Source of the DNA: a virus
Lineage: Duplodnaviria > Caudoviricetes
Direction: 5' to 3' (one strand)
Virus record (IMG/VR): IMGVR_UViG_3300032243_000867
Coordinates: 96,001-160,000 of that record
DNA: 64,000 nt
Positions 61,462 through 64,000 of this stretch are shown piece by piece (positions within the stretch are counted from its first letter, which is position 1; every line of letters starts with the position of its first letter). The notes beneath the pieces are model-generated. The model was not told where the DNA came from, ran no database searches, and saw only the letters and a list, made by a program, of their open reading frames with translations. Position numbers and translations under genes: made by a program.

Positions 61462-64000
61462 TGTCGATCCTCAATCGCCCCTACGCAGGAACTTGGCAGG
61501 CCAACAAGCGGTCTGTGGTAGCCTGGACCCCCGATTTCTTGGTGTACGTCAACGGGGATACGTCTCTCCCCGGGTGTCAAACCTGTCGGAGACAAATCGA
61601 CCTCAACGAGTTTGTGAACAGCATCTCGGTGGACTTCGGCGTCGAGCCCGGTGCGTCGAACTGCTCTATTGGCATGGCGATCCCCCGGCACTACGGGGAT
61701 ACGCTGTTCCGGGACGGCAACACCCTTCTCCGTCCCGCGCTGGAGATCCACGTCTATTTTCGGGGCTACTTCCCCATGCGGGGGCTCACGTCCCCGAACT
61801 CCCAGCCCGTCGCGGGGATCAACCTCTCGGACATCCCCCAGCACCCGTACTACCCGGTGTTCCACGGGGTGGTGACGCAGGTGACGCACGAGTACTCGGG
61901 CGGCTTCTACACGGCGAACATGACGTGCGCGGGGATGCTGCATTTCTGGGAAACCCAGAAGCTCTCGGGCGCTTCGGGGGGCTCGTTCTTCGGGGCACGC
62001 CCGGTGAACTCGGGCGTGCGAACAACCCTCACGGGCCACCCCATGTCGGGCAAGTCCCCGTACTCGATCATCTACTCCCTGTATCGGGATACGGCGGGCG
62101 TGGCAGACGGGGTGGGCTTCGCGCTGTCCTCCCGAACGAACTACGGGGCGGTCAACGCGACCACGGGAGACTCCCTGTATGCGATGACGCTGCGATACTG
62201 GGAGCAGCGGTTCCGAGGGAAGATTTACGGGCTACGGATGCACGGTGCCTCCGGTCAGTTGTTCACCTCGTCGCAGCAAGCCTACCTGTCGATGTACGGG
62301 ACGGCGGCGTACGGGGGCGGTAGCGCCCACAGCACCGGGAACGTCAACAACAGCACGGCAAACCCCGGAGGCTGGGACGTTTTCGCCCAAGACCCCACGA
62401 CCCTTCTCGGGATGAGGGTTCGCGGGGCGGATGGGAAAGTCCTTCGCCAGCCCGATACGCGCCTTGCCGGGGCCGTAGACAACCGTGGGCGTCTGGGCCT
62501 GGATGTGATGAAACTCCAGGCATTCCCCACGGACATCGGGAGCTACGGGCAGGTAAACCTTTGGGAGAGCACCTACGAGTCTAAGATGGATGTCGCCACG
62601 GCGGTGACCAACGTCTGCGGCTACGAGTTCTACCAAGACGCCGACGGCGATCTGGTTTTCAAGCCGCCGCTGTACAACCTCGACACGAGCTCGTCTCGGG
62701 TCTACCGCATTGAGCCCGAGGACATCGTTTCGATCAACTTCACCGAGGCGGAACCCAACGCGACGTACTGCATCGTCAAGGGCGGCGCATTCCAAAATAT
62801 GCGTGGGGTGGTTGACGAGAGCGAGTGGGGGTGCCGGTCTACCTACGTCGATTACAAGCTCGTGGCTCAGTACGGCTGGAAAGAAGCCAGCATCGAGAGC
62901 ACCTACTACACCAATGCCAAGAGCGCGTTCTTCTTCGCGATCAACTATCTCGACCGTCAGAACGCCGGGACGAACGGCTGCACCGTTACCATCCCCCTGC
63001 GTCCAGAGATTCGCCCGGGATACCCCGTATACATCCCGCACATCGACTGTTTCTACTACGTCACGCAGGTATCGCACTCCTTCAACCTCGGCAGCGAGTG
63101 TACGACCTCTCTCACTCTCACGGCGCGGCGACGGAAGTTTCTTCCCCCCGGAGCTTCGGGAAATGCGAACGTCGCGTTCGATCAGAACCTCACGCAGATC
63201 GACCTCGCGGCTACCTCGAACCCCGTTCGCCCGTTGCAGACGCTCGACGGAAACCGGGTGCCCCGGATCACGGGTTTTCCGAACGTGGTCATGGCCATCG
63301 ACCCGACGCGGATCAGCCCCTTGTTCCAGGTTCTCGGATTCCAAGCGGTGGAGAGAGAGCCCACCACTCGGAACGCGAGAGAGGGGACGAGCCTCGAAGG
63401 TCGTCGGATCGCTTTCGTCTGGCAGTTCCTCCGAATGATGCTCACGCGAACCCCCCGTATGCTGAACCCCTATGGTCAGCCTACGAGCGCGAACGGGACG
63501 CTTCCGACGGACGACGACTTCTCCGCCGACGTGAACCGTCAGTACGAGGTGGTGGGGGTTCCGGGGCCGAACGGACGGCCCCTCACGGTCACCGTGGGGA
63601 AAATCGAACAGGCGCTGGAGACGTACATCTCTTCGCGTGCCACGCTCAAGCGGGCGCGGGCGTTGCTGGTGGACCAGATCGTCGAGCAACAAAACTCGAT
63701 CAACAACTCTCAGCGTCAGTACCAGCAAGCGCAGCGCCAAGCGGATGCACGGGAGAATCAAGGTCAACCCGCTACGACGGTTCCCCAGCCCCCGAGCACT
63801 TCCACCCAAACCGAACGAATCACCCAATTACAACAACAACTAAAACAGTTCGACGATAACTTCGACGCGGTCCCGCCGAACAACGATTTCGCCGAATACG
63901 CGGCCCAGTACGAAACCCTCACGAACATCACGAACAGCGTCGGGGACACCGTCGGCGGGAGAAACCCCCCGCACCTACCTCCGCAAGAAGCCGGGGCCAA
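61461..64000 (+). CDS. Baseplate hub protein (gp27/VgrG-like), 3' partial
   Basis: Not in the ORF track because the frame has no stop in the window (spot-checked, including the 3' end). Motifs PVFHGVVTQV, YEFYQDADGDLVFKPP and RPEIRPGYPV...YYVTQVSHSF. Confidence 0.8.
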   Translation, partial: MSILNRPYAGTWQANKRSVVAWTPDFLVYVNGDTSLPGCQTCRRQIDLNEFVNSISVDFGVEPGASNCSIGMAIPRHYGDTLFRDGNTLLRPALEIHVYFRGYFPMRGLTSPNSQPVAGINLSDIPQHPYYPVFHGVVTQVTHEYSGGFYTANMTCAGMLHFWETQKLSGASGGSFFGARPVNSGVRTTLTGHPMSGKSPYSIIYSLYRDTAGVADGVGFALSSRTNYGAVNATTGDSLYAMTLRYWEQRFRGKIYGLRMHGASGQLFTSSQQAYLSMYGTAAYGGGSAHSTGNVNNSTANPGGWDVFAQDPTTLLGMRVRGADGKVLRQPDTRLAGAVDNRGRLGLDVMKLQAFPTDIGSYGQVNLWESTYESKMDVATAVTNVCGYEFYQDADGDLVFKPPLYNLDTSSSRVYRIEPEDIVSINFTEAEPNATYCIVKGGAFQNMRGVVDESEWGCRSTYVDYKLVAQYGWKEASIESTYYTNAKSAFFFAINYLDRQNAGTNGCTVTIPLRPEIRPGYPVYIPHIDCFYYVTQVSHSFNLGSECTTSLTLTARRRKFLPPGASGNANVAFDQNLTQIDLAATSNPVRPLQTLDGNRVPRITGFPNVVMAIDPTRISPLFQVLGFQAVEREPTTRNAREGTSLEGRRIAFVWQFLRMMLTRTPRMLNPYGQPTSANGTLPTDDDFSADVNRQYEVVGVPGPNGRPLTVTVGKIEQALETYISSRATLKRARALLVDQIVEQQNSINNSQRQYQQAQRQADARENQGQPATTVPQPPSTSTQTERITQLQQQLKQFDDNFDAVPPNNDFAEYAAQYETLTNITNSVGDTVGGRNPPHLPPQEAGA

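Noticed and set aside
1-64000. tRNA, rRNA, integrase or transposase genes
   Set aside because: No cloverleaf or T-arm context, rRNA-like stretch or recombinase motif was recognised by eye. tRNAscan was not run.

Overview
This window is a GC-rich, almost entirely plus-strand segment of a large contractile-tailed (myo-type, probably jumbo) phage genome. A Myxococcota-like host is suggested only weakly, by one DA-repeat lipoprotein. Head module (1-8.2 kb): prohead protease with a LAGLIDADG intein, scaffold, decoration protein and a Bxz1/cluster-C-like major capsid protein. Virion and accessory genes (8-25 kb): a Zn-ribbon/double-nuclease/amino-MTase fusion, a polyprotein with DUF4258-like and SWIM domains, and a repeat-rich fibre. 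At 25-29 kb a putative neck gene is fractured by an atypically split Ser1/Ser+1 intein with a free-standing Vsr-like endonuclease between the halves. At 29-41 kb lies an accessory island centred on a DNA-hypermodification operon (TET/JBP dioxygenase, P-loop DNA kinase, amino acid:DNA transferase, a frameshifted panD relic missing from the ORF track, PLP enzyme, radical SAM), flanked by a deaminase, DenV-like glycosylase, GGCT, Fe/Mn-SOD and a VWA protein. The tail module (42-64 kb) holds an actin-like ATPase, tail completion protein, giant sheath, tube, chaperones, tape measure, two tube-initiator-like paralogs and a baseplate hub running off the end. Two recurring upstream motifs and several structured 5' leaders are visible. 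No tRNA, rRNA or CRISPR array was seen. Family assignments come from motif recognition, not database searches.
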